A stretch of 32,000 bases of DNA, taken from NCBI GenBank assembly GCA_963843975.1, contig CAWJMG010000003.1, forward strand, positions 450,001 through 482,000, in the 5' to 3' direction. Positions 1 through 10,117 of this stretch are shown in pieces; the first letter of the stretch is position 1, and the number at the start of each line of letters is the position of its first letter. Below the pieces are notes generated by a model. It did not search any database. It was given only the letters and a program-made list of their open reading frames with translations, and was not told the origin of the DNA. Position numbers and translations under genes: made by a program. This DNA is from an uncultured Actinomycetes bacterium. Lineage in GTDB: Bacteria; Actinomycetota; Actinomycetes; S36-B12; CAIYMF01.

Positions 1-222
1 CCGGCCGACGGTGCGGGCCAGCAGCACCGACGTGCGGGTGCCCTCGGCGGCAGCGCCCACCGCGGCGCCGACGGCAGCGGGCAGGTGGGACTCGGTGAGC
101 GCCAGCCGGCCGTAGGGGCCGGGCTGCTCGAGCACGAGCCAGGCGCGGGCGAGCGGAGCGGTGCCGGGCATGGGCTCGGCGAGCCTCGCTGAGACGACCG
201 AGCAGCGCTGGTCGTCGGTCAC
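1..222 (-). CDS. Sucrase/ferredoxin-like family protein, N-terminal fragment (3' end lies beyond the window edge)
   Basis: The reverse frame is open to position 1, so it is absent from the ORF track. A GTG at 222..220 lies 8 nt after the upstream gene's stop. Translation VTDDQRCSVVSARLAEPMPGTAPLARAWLVLEQPGPYGRLALTESHLP resembles the W-L-L/V-x-E-x-PGP-W/Y-G N-terminus of that family. Confidence 0.45.
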   Translation of the reverse strand, partial: MTDDQRCSVVSARLAEPMPGTAPLARAWLVLEQPGPYGRLALTESHLPAAVGAAVGAAAEGTRTSVLLARTVGR

Positions 223-230
223 GGGGGCGC

Positions 231-2723
231 TCACGCCGTCGGCTCCGGAGCGGCCGACGGTGCCGGACGCGGACCGCCCGGCTCGAGCGGGCCGCCGACT
301 GCGGCCACCGGCTTGGAGGTCGGCAGGCCCGAGCCGTCGCGGCGCGGGTCGATGGGCGGCAGGGGAGCGGGCGCCCCCTGCGGCGTCGCTGCGCGGGCGG
401 GAGCGGGGCCGACCCAGGCGACGAGGAGCGTGTCCTCGCCCTTGAGGAAGCGCTGGGCGCGCACGCCTCCGGTGGCCCGGCCCTTGCCCGGGAACTCCGA
501 GAACGGCGAGACCTTCACTGTGGCGCCGGACGTGCCCGGCAGCGCGCTCGTGCTGCCCGCAGCCGTGACCACGACGGACTCCCGCGAGGGATCGACGGCC
601 CCGAACCAGAGAGCGCGGGCACGGTCGTCGAGGCGGACACCTGCCATGCCGCCGGCGGGGCGGCCCTGGGGGCGGACGGCGGACGCCGGGAAGTGCAGCA
701 GCTGGGCGTCGGTGGTGACGAAGACGAGCTCCTCGTCGCCGGTGGTGAGCTCGACGGCGCCGACGACGCGGTCGCCGTCGTCGAGCCGGATGACCGACCA
801 CTGATCGGACGACGACGGCACGTCGGGGGCGACGCGCTTGACGATGCCGCCCGCCGTGCCGAGCGCGAGCCCGGGGCCCTCGCCGGTGACCGAGCACAGG
901 CCGACGGGCTGCTCGCCCTTGTCGAGCTCGGTCAGCGCGCCGAGCGGCACTCCGCCGGCGAGCGACGGCGCGCCGTGCGTCGGCGGCAGGGTCGGCATCT
1001 CGAGCACCGGCAGGCGCAGGACGCGGCCCGTGCTCGTGACGAGGCCGATGTGGCCGCGCGCGGTGGTGCGGACGGCGGCGACGATGACGTCGTGCGGGCC
1101 GCGCTCGCCGTCGGCGGGCAGCTCACGGTCGTCGGTCGTGCGGGCGAGGAGCCCGGTGCTCGACATGAGCACCACGCACGGATCGTCGGTGATCTCGAGG
1201 GGGACGGCGGCCGCCTTCGTGGGCGCACCGGATCCCTCGAGCAGAACCGTGCGGCGCGGGGTGCCGTGCTCCTTGGCGACGGCGGCGAGCTCGTCGCTCA
1301 CGACGCGGCGCAGGCGCTTCTCGTCCTCGAGGATCTCGGTGAGCTCGGCGATCCGCGCCTGCAGCTCGTCGCGCTCGGTCTCGAGCTCGATGCGGCTGAA
1401 CTTCGTGAGGCGGCGCAAGGGCATCTCGAGGATGTACTGGGCCTGGACGTCGGACAGGTCGAAGACCTGGATGAGGCGCACCCGTGCGGCCGCGGCGTCG
1501 TCGGACGAGCGGATCAGCGCGATGACCTCGTCGATGTCGATGATCGCGATGAGCAGGCCGTCGACGAGGTGCAGGCGCTCCTCGGCCTTGCGGCGGCGGA
1601 ACGCCGACCGACGGCGTACGACCTCGAGGCGGTGGTCGACGAAGACCTCGAGCATGTCCTTGAGGCCGAGCGTGCGCGGCTGCCCCTCGACGAGCGAGAC
1701 GGCGTTGATGTTGAACGAGTCCTCCATCGGCGTGAGCGCGTAGAGCTGCTCGAGCACCGCCTCGGGGACGAAGCCGTTCTTCACCTCGATCACCAGGCGC
1801 AGGCCGGACTCCATGTCGGAGAAGTCGTCGACGGCCGCGATGCCCGTGAGCTTCTTGGCGTCCACGGCCTCCTTGATGCGCGTGATCACCTTCTCCGGGC
1901 CGACGTTGTACGGCAGCTCGGTGACGATGATGCCCTTGCGGCGCGGCGTGACGCTCTCGATGTGCGCGGTCGCGCGGACGCGGAACGCGCCGCGGCCAGT
2001 CTCGTACGCCTCGCGGATGCCCTCGAGCCCGATGATGCGACCGCCGCTCGGGAGGTCGGGGCCGGGGATGAAGCCCATGAGGTCGTCGAGCGTCGCGCGC
2101 GGGTGCGCGATGAGATGCCGTGCGGCGGCCACGACCTCGACGAGGTTGTGCGGCGCGATGTTGGTGGCCATTCCCACCGCGATGCCGGAGGCGCCGTTCA
2201 CGAGCAGGTTCGGGATCGCCGCGGGCAGGACGACGGGCTCGTTCTCGCGGCCGTCGTAGTTGGGCGACATGTCCACGACGTCCTCGTCGAGGCCCGCCGT
2301 CATCAGCAGCGCGCTCTGCGCGAGCCGGCACTCGGTGTAGCGCATCGCCGCGGGGCCGTCGTCGAGCGAGCCGAAGTTGCCATGGCCGTCGACGAGGGGG
2401 AGCCGCAGCGAGAACGACTGCGCCATGCGCACGAGGGCGTCGTAGATCGCGGTGTCGCCGTGCGGGTGGTACTTGCCCATGACGTCGCCGACGACGCGCG
2501 AGCTCTTCACGTGGCCGCGGTCCGGGCGCAGGCCCATCTCCGACATCCCGAACAGGATGCGGCGCTGCACCGGCTTGAGTCCGTCACGGGCGTCCGGCAG
2601 CGCGCGGGAGTAGATGACCGAGTAGGCGTACTCGAGGAACGACCCGCGCATCTCGTCGGAGACGTCGATGTCGACGATCTTCTCCGGGACGTCCGGCGGC
2701 GGGGTGGTCGTGCGGCGGGCCAT
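231..2723 (-). CDS. parC: DNA topoisomerase IV subunit A (GyrA/ParC family type IIA topoisomerase A subunit)
   Basis: 830-aa ORF with ATG at 2723. It has the motifs [29 protein letters not shown] (catalytic Tyr region) and [22 protein letters not shown], plus a beta-pinwheel-like C-terminal half and a Pro/Ala-rich tail. The parC versus second-gyrA assignment is not resolvable by eye. Confidence 0.85.
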   Translation of the reverse strand: MARRTTTPPPDVPEKIVDIDVSDEMRGSFLEYAYSVIYSRALPDARDGLKPVQRRILFGMSEMGLRPDRGHVKSSRVVGDVMGKYHPHGDTAIYDALVRMAQSFSLRLPLVDGHGNFGSLDDGPAAMRYTECRLAQSALLMTAGLDEDVVDMSPNYDGRENEPVVLPAAIPNLLVNGASGIAVGMATNIAPHNLVEVVAAARHLIAHPRATLDDLMGFIPGPDLPSGGRIIGLEGIREAYETGRGAFRVRATAHIESVTPRRKGIIVTELPYNVGPEKVITRIKEAVDAKKLTGIAAVDDFSDMESGLRLVIEVKNGFVPEAVLEQLYALTPMEDSFNINAVSLVEGQPRTLGLKDMLEVFVDHRLEVVRRRSAFRRRKAEERLHLVDGLLIAIIDIDEVIALIRSSDDAAAARVRLIQVFDLSDVQAQYILEMPLRRLTKFSRIELETERDELQARIAELTEILEDEKRLRRVVSDELAAVAKEHGTPRRTVLLEGSGAPTKAAAVPLEITDDPCVVLMSSTGLLARTTDDRELPADGERGPHDVIVAAVRTTARGHIGLVTSTGRVLRLPVLEMPTLPPTHGAPSLAGGVPLGALTELDKGEQPVGLCSVTGEGPGLALGTAGGIVKRVAPDVPSSSDQWSVIRLDDGDRVVGAVELTTGDEELVFVTTDAQLLHFPASAVRPQGRPAGGMAGVRLDDRARALWFGAVDPSRESVVVTAAGSTSALPGTSGATVKVSPFSEFPGKGRATGGVRAQRFLKGEDTLLVAWVGPAPARAATPQGAPAPLPPIDPRRDGSGLPTSKPVAAVGGPLEPGGPRPAPSAAPEPTA

Positions 2724-2799
2724 GCGGGTCTGCTGCTCCTCGGGATCGAGCGGCGGGCGGTGGACGGACGACGGGTGCTGGCACCCATCATGCGCTGCG

Positions 2800-3213
2800 T
2801 CAGCGCAAGTTCTGCTGCCGGGAGTCGGCCGCCACGGCGGCGAGGACCAGCAGCAGGAAGCCGGCGAGGGCGGCGCCGTAGGCGCCGAAGCCGATCGCGG
2901 CGAGCGGGACGCCCTTGGCGCCGTCGAGGGCGTTGATCAGGATCCACGCCGTCGGGACGGCCACCGAGAGCAGGCCGCCGATGACGACGAGCGCGCGGGC
3001 CCCGGACAGGGCGCCGAGCAGGGCGACGCCTGCGGCGACGGTGATGGGGAGCCCCATCGAGGTGATCCACCCCGTGGCGCCCACGGTGCCGGGGCTGAGG
3101 ATGCTCTTCCAGGGCACGTCGGTGCCCTGGACGCCGTTGGCCCAGGGCAGGAACTGGCATCCCGCCACGGCCAGGGCGAGCAGGGCCGCGACGACGCGTG
3201 CGAACGACTTCAT
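2800..3213 (-). CDS. Small membrane protein / putative lipoprotein
   Basis: Internal ATG at 3213 is preceded by GGGAGGA (revcomp of 3221-3229). Product [20 protein letters not shown]... has a lipobox-like LAVAGC followed by 3 hydrophobic Gly/Ala-rich segments. The upstream part of the 240-aa track ORF is Arg/Pro junk. Confidence 0.6.
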   Translation of the reverse strand: MKSFARVVAALLALAVAGCQFLPWANGVQGTDVPWKSILSPGTVGATGWITSMGLPITVAAGVALLGALSGARALVVIGGLLSVAVPTAWILINALDGAKGVPLAAIGFGAYGAALAGFLLLVLAAVAADSRQQNLR

Positions 3214-3310
3214 GGCCGCGATCCTCCCAGGTGGGCGCGCCGGGACGGCGCACCTCGGCGGCCTCGGGCCCGTGTCGGGCGGGCTCCCGTGACGGACGGT
3301 GCGGGTGGGG

Positions 3311-4252
3311 TCACGGGCGGGCGCCGACGCGCCCGACGACGCGGGCGGCGGCCCGGTTGCCGCGCCCGAGCGCGGTCTCGAGGTCGACGCCGTCGCACCA
3401 GGCGGGCAGGAACCCGGCGGCGAACGCGTCGCCGGCGCCGGTCGTGTCGACGACGTCGACGGGGACCGCCGCGGCGTACGCCTCGCCCTGCTCCTGGTCG
3501 ACCGCGACAGCGCCGCGGGCACCGAGCTTCACGACGACGGTGGCGGCCGTGCCCGCGAGGATCCGGGCGGCCTGGCGGGCCGCCTCGAGCGCGGTGTCGA
3601 GGTCCTCGTCGTCCGCGGGCGCCGGCAGACCGGCGAGGAGGGCGGCCTCCTCCTCGTTGGCGAGCAGCACGTCGACGCCGGACACCCACGAGAGGAACCG
3701 CGCGGCACCCGTGTCGGCCAGAGGGCCGACCGACGCGACGTCGATGCTGGTCGTCATCCCGCGCAGGCGCGCGCGGTCGAGCGCCGACAGCCCGGCCATG
3801 CGGCTGCTGTCGACCATGAGCATGTAGCCCGACAGGTGCAGGTGCCGGCCGGCGGCGAACAGGTCGTCGGCGAGGTCCTGCGGAGTGAGCGCCTCGTTGG
3901 CACCCGGGTCTGGCACCATCGTGCGCTCGCCGTCCGGCATCACGAGGACGATGCACGTCCCCGTCGGGCGGACCGGGTCGAGGGCGAGGGCGCACTCGAC
4001 GCCGCACTCCTCGAGCTCCATCCGTCCGGCCCGGCCGAGCAGGTCGTCGCCGATGCGGCCGGCGAACGTCGTGGGGTTGCCGTCGTGCGCGAGCCAGGCC
4101 GCGGTGTTGGCCGCGGCACCTCCGCCCATCACCCGCACGTCGGCGGGCGTGTCGGTGCCCTCGCGCAACGGGCCCGGGAGCGAGGCGACGACGTCGGTCA
4201 TGTACTGCCCGACCGAGACGAACCGCCGGTCGGGGTGCGGCGCGCGGGTCAT
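3311..4252 (-). CDS. psuK: PfkB-family carbohydrate kinase, probable pseudouridine kinase
   Basis: This is the last 313 aa of the artefactual 1500-aa ORF. It has the MGGGAANTA and [13 protein letters not shown] (PfkB signature 2) motifs. ATG at 4252 overlaps the psuG stop (ATGA at 4249-4252), implying a coupled operon. Confidence 0.72.
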   Translation of the reverse strand: MTRAPHPDRRFVSVGQYMTDVVASLPGPLREGTDTPADVRVMGGGAAANTAAWLAHDGNPTTFAGRIGDDLLGRAGRMELEECGVECALALDPVRPTGTCIVLVMPDGERTMVPDPGANEALTPQDLADDLFAAGRHLHLSGYMLMVDSSRMAGLSALDRARLRGMTTSIDVASVGPLADTGAARFLSWVSGVDVLLANEEEAALLAGLPAPADDEDLDTALEAARQAARILAGTAATVVVKLGARGAVAVDQEQGEAYAAAVPVDVVDTTGAGDAFAAGFLPAWCDGVDLETALGRGNRAAARVVGRVGARP

Positions 4253-5151
4253 GCCGAGGCGGCGACGGCGATCGCGGCCGCGAGCACCGCGTTGCTGCGG
4301 ACGAGGGCGACGTTGACCTCGAGGCTGCGGCCCTTGGTCGCCGTGTGGAAGAACTCGAGCAGGAACGGCGTGACGTCCTTGCCGCGCACGCCCGCCTGGT
4401 CGGCCGCGGCCAGGCCCGCCGTGAGGGTGCTGTCGTGCAGCGAGCGGTCGAGCTCGTCCTCCGGAGCGACCGGGTTGCAGACGATGAGGCCGGCATCGCA
4501 CTCGAGCGCCGACCGCGCGTGCATGACGGCTGCGACCTCGGCCGGGTCGTCGACCCGCCAGTCCAACGAGAAGCCCGAGTCGGCGAGGTAGAATCCGGGG
4601 AAGCGGTCGGTGCGGTAGCCGAGCACAGGGATGTTGAGGGTCTCGAGCCGCTCGAGGGTCGCGGAGACGTCGAGGATCGACTTCACGCCCGCGCAGACCA
4701 CGGTGACCGGCGTGCTCGACAGCGTGGTGAGGTCGGCCGACTCGTCCCACGTCTCGCGGGCCCCCCGGTGCACCCCGCCGAGTCCGCCGGTGGCGAAGAC
4801 CCGGATGCCGGCGAGGCTGGCGAGGTGCGACGTCGCGGCCACGGTGGTGGCGCCGTTGCCGGACTTGGCCACCAGGGTGCCGAGGTCGCGGACGCTGACC
4901 TTCACGACCGAGTCGTCCTCGGCGACCGTGCGCAGCGCGTCGTCGTCCAGCCCGATGCGGGGGATGCCGTCGACGACGGCGATGGTGGCGGGGACGGCGC
5001 CGCCGGAGCGGACCGAGTCCTCGATCTCGCGGGCCACGCGCAGGTTGTCGGGGCGCGGGAGGCCGTGGCTGATGATCGTGGACTCGAGCGCGACGACCGG
5101 TCGGCCGGCCTCGAGGGCCTCGGCGACCTCGGGGTGGATCTGCAGGTGCAT
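4249..5151 (-). CDS. psuG: Pseudouridine-5'-phosphate glycosidase
   Basis: 300-aa ORF with [26 protein letters not shown] and [11 protein letters not shown] motifs typical of PsuG/YeiN. Confidence 0.9.
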   Translation of the reverse strand: MHLQIHPEVAEALEAGRPVVALESTIISHGLPRPDNLRVAREIEDSVRSGGAVPATIAVVDGIPRIGLDDDALRTVAEDDSVVKVSVRDLGTLVAKSGNGATTVAATSHLASLAGIRVFATGGLGGVHRGARETWDESADLTTLSSTPVTVVCAGVKSILDVSATLERLETLNIPVLGYRTDRFPGFYLADSGFSLDWRVDDPAEVAAVMHARSALECDAGLIVCNPVAPEDELDRSLHDSTLTAGLAAADQAGVRGKDVTPFLLEFFHTATKGRSLEVNVALVRSNAVLAAAIAVAASA

Positions 5152-5182
5152 GGATGAAAGGTAACGGCCCAGGCCGGGGCGC

Positions 5183-5188
5183 TACGTT
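5183..5188 (+). promoter_or_regulatory. Candidate -10 box (TACGTT) for a leaderless transcript of the acetyltransferase gene
   Basis: A TANNNT hexamer lies 6 nt upstream of the GTG at 5195, with no Shine-Dalgarno between. It sits in the 43-bp divergent gap shared with psuG. Confidence 0.3.
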
Positions 5189-5194
5189 GGGCCC

Positions 5195-8005
5195 GTGCCG
5201 CAGGACGCCGATCCGACCGCCCCTCCCGAGCACTGGGAGGCAGACGTCGTCCTCCGCGACGGCAGGACCGCGCGGCTCCGGCCGATCCGGCCGAGCGACG
5301 CCGAGCGGCTCGCGGACTTCCACCGGTCGCTGTCGGAGGAGACGGTCTACTACCGTTTCTTCGCGCCGTACCCCGAGCTGACCGAGCGCGACCTCACCCG
5401 GTTCACCACCGTCGACCACGACGACCGGGTGGCGTTCGTCGCCATGACGGGCGACGACATCATCGGCGTGGGCCGCTACGACCGAGTCGACGAGCGGGAC
5501 GCCGAGGTCGCCTTCGTCATCCGCGACGCCCACCAGGGACGCGGCCTCGGGTCGGTCCTGCTCGAGCACCTCGCGGCGGCAGCACGCGAGCGCGGCGTAC
5601 GGCGGTTCGTGGCCGAGGTGCTGCCGACGAACCGGCGGATGCTCTCGACCTTCGAGGACGCGGGCTACCACCCGTCGCACAAGATGGAGGACGGCGTCGT
5701 CTCGCTGGCCTTCGACCTCGAGCCGACGGAGTCGTCGGTGGCCGTGCGCCTGGCGCGCGAGCACCGCGCGGAGTCGCGCAGCGTGGCAGCGCTCGTGGCA
5801 CCGGAGTCGGTGGTCGTCGTCGGCGCGGGCCGTGACCCGAAGTCGCTCGGCAACCGCGTGCTGCGGCACCTGCTCGAGGGCGGCTACACCGGCCGGCTCT
5901 CCGCGGTGAACCGGGCTGCGGCCGAGGAGGGCGTGAACGTCCTCGACGTGCCGACGTACGCGTCGGTCAGTGCGATCCCCGAGCCGGTCACGCTCGCGGT
6001 CCTCGCCGTGCCGCACGACGAGGTGGACGCCGTCGTCGACGACTGCGCCGCCGCCCGGGTGCGCGGCCTGGTCGTCGTGGCGTCCGGCTACTCCGAGAGC
6101 GGCCCGGACGGCGTCGCCCGGCAGCGGGCGCTCGTGCGCAAGGCACGCGGCAACGGGATGCGCGTGATCGGGCCGAACGCGCTCGGCATCGTCAACACCG
6201 ATCCCGCCGTGTCGCTGAACGCGTCGCTCGCGCCGAGGCTCCCGGGCAACGCGCCCATCGGCTTCTTCAGCCAGAGCGGGTCGCTCGGCGGCACGATCCT
6301 CGCGCGAGCGGTGCGCCGCGGGCTCGGCGTCTCGACCTTCGTCTCGGCCGGCAACCGCGCCGACGTCAGCGGCAACGACCTGCTGCAGTACTGGGAGGAC
6401 GACGAGCAGACCTCGGTCGTGCTGCTGTACCTCGAGAGCGTCGGCAACCCGCGCAAGTTCACGCGCATCGCGCGAAGGCTCTCGCGCACCAAGCCGGTCG
6501 TCGCGATGCGCACCGGCCGCTCGACGCAGGCGTACCCGATCGGCCACGCGATCCGGCGTACGACGCTGCCGGTCGCGGCAGTCGACTCGATGTTCGCTCA
6601 GGCCGGCATCGTCGAGGTCGAGTCGCTCGGCGAGATGTTCGACGTCGCCGGACTCCTTGCGTACCAGCCTCTTCCCGCTGGGCGCCGTGTCGCGATCGTG
6701 GGCAACTCCGACGCGCTCGCGGTGCTCGCCGCCGACGCGTGCGAGAGCGCCGAGCTCGACGTCGTCGGGCCGCCGACCACCCTGCGCTCGGACTGCACGC
6801 CGCAGGACCTCGCCCGCGCGCTCGCCGCGGTGCTCGACGACCCGGCCGTCGACTCCGTCGTGGTGTCGCACGTGCCGACCCTCGGCCACGATGGCCGGGC
6901 CTGGGAGCTCGTCGTCGCCGAGACCGTGGTGCGCGGCGCGAAGCCGGTGGTCGCGGTGCTCGTTGCCGCCGAGGAGGAGAGCGGCCTGCTCGCCGCCCCG
7001 GACGCGACCGCCGACCTCCCGATGCCCGAGCACGGGTCGGTGCCGTTCTACGGCACGGTCGAGGACGCCGTCCGCGCGCTGCGCCGCGTGACGCGGTACG
7101 CCGAGTGGCGGGCGCGGCCGCTGGGCGACCTGCCGGAGTTCTCCGACATCGACCAGAAGGCCGCGCAGGCGATCATCGGCCGGCTCATGGGCGAGGAGCT
7201 CGAGGAGGCCGACGCGACGCCCGGGCTCACCGGCCGCGGCCGCGCCGGGCACGGGCCCGGTGCCACCACCGACACCTCCCACGTGGACGCCGACGCCGAC
7301 GTGCTCGTGCTGTACGCCGAGGACGCCGACGACGACCTCACGCTGCTGCTGGAGAAGTACGGCATCCCGGTGTGGCCGGTCGTGCGTGTCACGTCGCCCG
7401 AGCAGGCCGTGGAGGTGGCCGACCGCATCGGCTACCCGGTGGTGCTGAAGACCCTCGACCCGCGGTTCGCCTCGCGCACCGACCTCGGCGGCCTGCGCCT
7501 GAACCTCGAGAACGAGCGCGCGGTGCGCACGGCCTTCCGCTCGATGTCCGAGAGCCTCGATCCGGACGCGGCCGACCGCCTCGTGCTCCAGCACATGTCG
7601 ACGCCGGGCGTCGCGTGCGTGGTCGGCTCGACCGAGGACCCGCTCTTCGGCCCGGTGGTCTCGTTCGGGCTCGCCGGCATGGTGCCCGAGCTGCTCGGCG
7701 ACCGCGGCTACCGCATCCCGCCGCTGACCGACACCGACGCCCACGACCTCGTCGACGCCCCCGGCGCCTCGCCGATGCTCAACGGGATCGGCGGCACCGA
7801 GCCCGTCGACCACGCCGCGATCGAGGACCTGCTGCTGCGCGTCGGGCAGCTCGCGGACGACGTCCCCGAGCTCGGCGACCTGCGGCTCGAGCCCGTCGTC
7901 GTCGCGGAGGAGGGGCTCGCCGTGCTGGGGGCCCGGGCCGTTCTGCGTCGGCCTCAGGCACGGTCGGACGCCGAGGCCCGACGGCTCGGCGTCGGCGAGC
8001 TGTAG
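5195..8005 (+). CDS. Bifunctional GNAT acetyltransferase / NDP-forming acyl-CoA synthetase-like protein (actinobacterial PatA-type protein lysine acetyltransferase)
   Basis: 936 aa. The N-terminal GNAT carries HQGRGLGSVLLEHL. A CoA-binding domain follows (VVVVGAGRDPKSLGNRVLRHL), then a succinyl-CoA-ligase-like flavodoxin domain and a C-terminal ATP-grasp-like region (GYPVVLKTLDP). Confidence 0.85.
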   Translation: MPQDADPTAPPEHWEADVVLRDGRTARLRPIRPSDAERLADFHRSLSEETVYYRFFAPYPELTERDLTRFTTVDHDDRVAFVAMTGDDIIGVGRYDRVDERDAEVAFVIRDAHQGRGLGSVLLEHLAAAARERGVRRFVAEVLPTNRRMLSTFEDAGYHPSHKMEDGVVSLAFDLEPTESSVAVRLAREHRAESRSVAALVAPESVVVVGAGRDPKSLGNRVLRHLLEGGYTGRLSAVNRAAAEEGVNVLDVPTYASVSAIPEPVTLAVLAVPHDEVDAVVDDCAAARVRGLVVVASGYSESGPDGVARQRALVRKARGNGMRVIGPNALGIVNTDPAVSLNASLAPRLPGNAPIGFFSQSGSLGGTILARAVRRGLGVSTFVSAGNRADVSGNDLLQYWEDDEQTSVVLLYLESVGNPRKFTRIARRLSRTKPVVAMRTGRSTQAYPIGHAIRRTTLPVAAVDSMFAQAGIVEVESLGEMFDVAGLLAYQPLPAGRRVAIVGNSDALAVLAADACESAELDVVGPPTTLRSDCTPQDLARALAAVLDDPAVDSVVVSHVPTLGHDGRAWELVVAETVVRGAKPVVAVLVAAEEESGLLAAPDATADLPMPEHGSVPFYGTVEDAVRALRRVTRYAEWRARPLGDLPEFSDIDQKAAQAIIGRLMGEELEEADATPGLTGRGRAGHGPGATTDTSHVDADADVLVLYAEDADDDLTLLLEKYGIPVWPVVRVTSPEQAVEVADRIGYPVVLKTLDPRFASRTDLGGLRLNLENERAVRTAFRSMSESLDPDAADRLVLQHMSTPGVACVVGSTEDPLFGPVVSFGLAGMVPELLGDRGYRIPPLTDTDAHDLVDAPGASPMLNGIGGTEPVDHAAIEDLLLRVGQLADDVPELGDLRLEPVVVAEEGLAVLGARAVLRRPQARSDAEARRLGVGEL

Positions 8006-8077
8006 CGCGCTCCGGCGTCGTCCGGTCGGGCGCTAACCCGTTCGCCCGCTGTGGGTGGTGGGTGGTGTGATCGACGC

Positions 8078-9385
8078 ATGTCCTCCGAGCCCACCGCCAG
8101 CGGCACCGCTGCGCCCGAGGGCTCCCTGCGCGAGGTGATGACCCCCGGCCTGAAGCGGATGCTCATCGGCATCGCGTCCTCGAGCATCGGCGGCGGCCTG
8201 GTGCTGTCGCTCCTCGTGGTCTACCTGCACAAGGTCCGGGGCATCGAGCTGAGCACGGCGGGCTTCGTCCTGGCCTTTCAGGCCGTGCTCGGCCTCGTCT
8301 TCTCCCCGCTGGTCGGCTACCTGGTCGACCGGATCGGCCCGAAGCCGGTGCTCCTGGTGGCCTGCGTGGTCGAGACGGTCGGCACGGTGATGCTCGGCTT
8401 CGTCGGGTCGGTGCCGGCGGCGTTCTTCGCCGCGGGCGTCGTGGCGATCGGCAACGCCGGCCTGTGGTCACCGCAGGCGGCGATCCTGTCGCGTCTGGCT
8501 CCGCCCGAGCACCGCCAGCGGGTCTTCGGCCTGCAGTTCATGCTGCTCAACCTCGGGCTCGGGATCGGCGGGCTCATCGGTGCGGCGTTCCTCGACGTCG
8601 ACCACCCGCAGACCTTCACGATCCTGTACGCCGCCAACGCGCTCACCTTCCTCGGCTACTTCGTGGCCGTCGCCGGCGTGCGGGGCGTCTCCGGGCCCGA
8701 GGTGCACGAGCCGGACGACGGCGACGGCCCGGGCGGCTACCTCGAGGTGCTCGGCGACCGCCGGATGCGTCGCTACCTCATCGGCGCGCTGCTCCTGCTC
8801 ACCTGCGGCTACGGCTCGATGGAGGCCGGCATCCCGGTCTTCATCACGACCGTCGCGGACCTCCCGGTCAACATGATCGGCGTGGTCTTCTTCTTCAACA
8901 CCGTCGTGATCGTGGTGGCGCAGGTGTGGGTGCTGCGCCGGATCGACGGGCACTCCCGGTCGCGCATGATGGCGCTCGCCGCCGTGGCCTGGGGCGCGTG
9001 CTGGGTGCTCCTCGCCGCGTCGTCGGTGTTCGGCCAGGTCGTGGCGGCGGTCGTCATCACGATCGGCGTGAGCGTGTTCGCGCTGGGGGAGACCATCTGG
9101 TCGCCCGTCGCCCCCTCGCTCATCAACGACCTGGCGCCGGGTCACCTGCGCGGCCGCTACAACGCCGCGGGCGGCCTCGTCTGGGGTGTCGCGGGTGCGG
9201 CGGGCCCGGCGTTCGCCGGCGCCGTCCTCGGGAGCGGGCTCGGCGTCGTGTGGGCCCTCGCGCTGGCCGTCGGCGCCGGTGCCGCCGGTCTGGTGCTGCT
9301 GTCCCTGCGCCACCTGCTGACCGACGCCGAGGACGGCCGGGCCGGGGCTCGGATGACCGACGGCGTCGCCGAGGTGCGAGGATGA
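8078..9385 (+). CDS. MFS transporter
   Basis: About 12 hydrophobic segments with MFS-like loops (DRIGPKP, HLRGRYNAA). ATG at 8078 is preferred over the GTG at 8051 that begins the track ORF. Confidence 0.8.
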   Translation: MSSEPTASGTAAPEGSLREVMTPGLKRMLIGIASSSIGGGLVLSLLVVYLHKVRGIELSTAGFVLAFQAVLGLVFSPLVGYLVDRIGPKPVLLVACVVETVGTVMLGFVGSVPAAFFAAGVVAIGNAGLWSPQAAILSRLAPPEHRQRVFGLQFMLLNLGLGIGGLIGAAFLDVDHPQTFTILYAANALTFLGYFVAVAGVRGVSGPEVHEPDDGDGPGGYLEVLGDRRMRRYLIGALLLLTCGYGSMEAGIPVFITTVADLPVNMIGVVFFFNTVVIVVAQVWVLRRIDGHSRSRMMALAAVAWGACWVLLAASSVFGQVVAAVVITIGVSVFALGETIWSPVAPSLINDLAPGHLRGRYNAAGGLVWGVAGAAGPAFAGAVLGSGLGVVWALALAVGAGAAGLVLLSLRHLLTDAEDGRAGARMTDGVAEVRG

Positions 9386-9978
9386 CGCCATGTCGAACGA
9401 CGCCACCCTCGCTCCGCGCCTGCGCGCCGACATCGAGCGCAGCGGCTACTACCCGGAAGCTCGTGAGCGACACGCTCGACACTGCGCTCGCCACCGAGCC
9501 GGTGGTCGCGTACGTCGTCCACCACGAGGCGACGTTCGACCACGACGAGCTGCGCCGCCACGTCACGGTGCTGGCCCTCACGCCGACTCGCCTCATCGTC
9601 GGCCACACGGACGAGCACCCGGCCGACGAGACCTCCGAGAAGGCCTACGCCACCGCCTCGACCGAGGCGGTGCGCATCGAGCGCATCGACTCCGTCGTCG
9701 TCACTCGGGTGGCCGCCGACGCCGCCAAGCACAAGAAGGGCGCCCCGGTCCGCGAGGTCGTCCTCACGATCGGGTGGGGCGCGGTCAGCCGCATCGACCT
9801 CGAGCCGGCCTCCTGCGGCGACCCGGACTGCGACGCCGACCACGGCTACACGGGTACGGCGTCCAACGACGACCTCGCCCTGCGCGTGTCCGAGGCCGCC
9901 GACGGCGCCCCGGTCGTGCAGCAGACGCTGGAGTTCGCCGCGGCCCTGTCGCTGGCCACCGCGCACCGCAACCGCTGA
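9382..9978 (+). CDS. DUF5998-like conserved actinobacterial protein, apparently frameshifted near its 5' end
   Basis: The body (KLVSDTLDTALATEPVVAYVVHHEATFDHDELRRHVTVLALTPTRLIVGH...) is in the frame of ATG 9382. The protein-like N-terminus MSNDATLAPRLRADIERSGYYPE is in the frame of ATG 9390. The two join cleanly if one A of GAAG (9456-9459) is removed. The family name is from memory. Confidence 0.6.
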   Translation: MTPCRTTPPSLRACAPTSSAAATTRKLVSDTLDTALATEPVVAYVVHHEATFDHDELRRHVTVLALTPTRLIVGHTDEHPADETSEKAYATASTEAVRIERIDSVVVTRVAADAAKHKKGAPVREVVLTIGWGAVSRIDLEPASCGDPDCDADHGYTGTASNDDLALRVSEAADGAPVVQQTLEFAAALSLATAHRNR

Positions 9979-10117
9979 GGCGGATCCGCACCTGATGGGG
10001 GTGTCCCGTCCCGCCCGGCGGGGAGGGCAGGGATACTGGTCGCCTTCCCCGAGCACGACGTCCGATCCCTGTCCGGCCACCGCCCGCCGCGGTGTCCGCC
10101 CGTGCCCGAGGAGCCGC

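Noticed and set aside
693-2936. 747-aa forward ORF and other long ORFs antisense to real genes (for example 12049-13863, 14666-16468, 16789-19311, 23449-24828, 25395-26870, 27434-29515, 27498-29378, 29804-30862)
   Set aside because: All have extreme Arg/Ala/Gly/Pro or Asp/His/Val/Glu composition and no recognisable motifs. Each lies opposite or out of frame to well-supported genes.
3311-7813. 1500-aa reverse-strand ORF
   Set aside because: Only the last 313 codons (3311-4252) are kinase-like. The remainder is Arg/Gly/Asp/His-rich antisense of psuG and the acetyltransferase gene, a typical high-G+C open-frame artefact.
8051-8067. GTGGGTG GTGGGTG tandem heptamer / possible G-quadruplex upstream of the MFS gene
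   Set aside because: There are only two copies and only two G3 runs, which is not enough for a quadruplex or a meaningful repeat. It probably just provides purine-rich sequence near the start.
9456-9459. Programmed ribosomal frameshifting as the explanation for the three frame breaks (9456, about 13225, 21760)
   Set aside because: There is no canonical slippery heptamer, no internal SD or pseudoknot stimulator that I can see, and no known recoding in these families. Only the CCC-C site at 21760 is even slippage-prone. Mutation or assembly error is the simpler explanation.
9979-10117. 139-bp tdk leader with GC-rich imperfect hairpin (about 10008-10028) as a possible riboswitch or terminator
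   Set aside because: The stem is imperfect and there is no U-tract. I recognise no conserved riboswitch core, so it cannot be supported from sequence alone.
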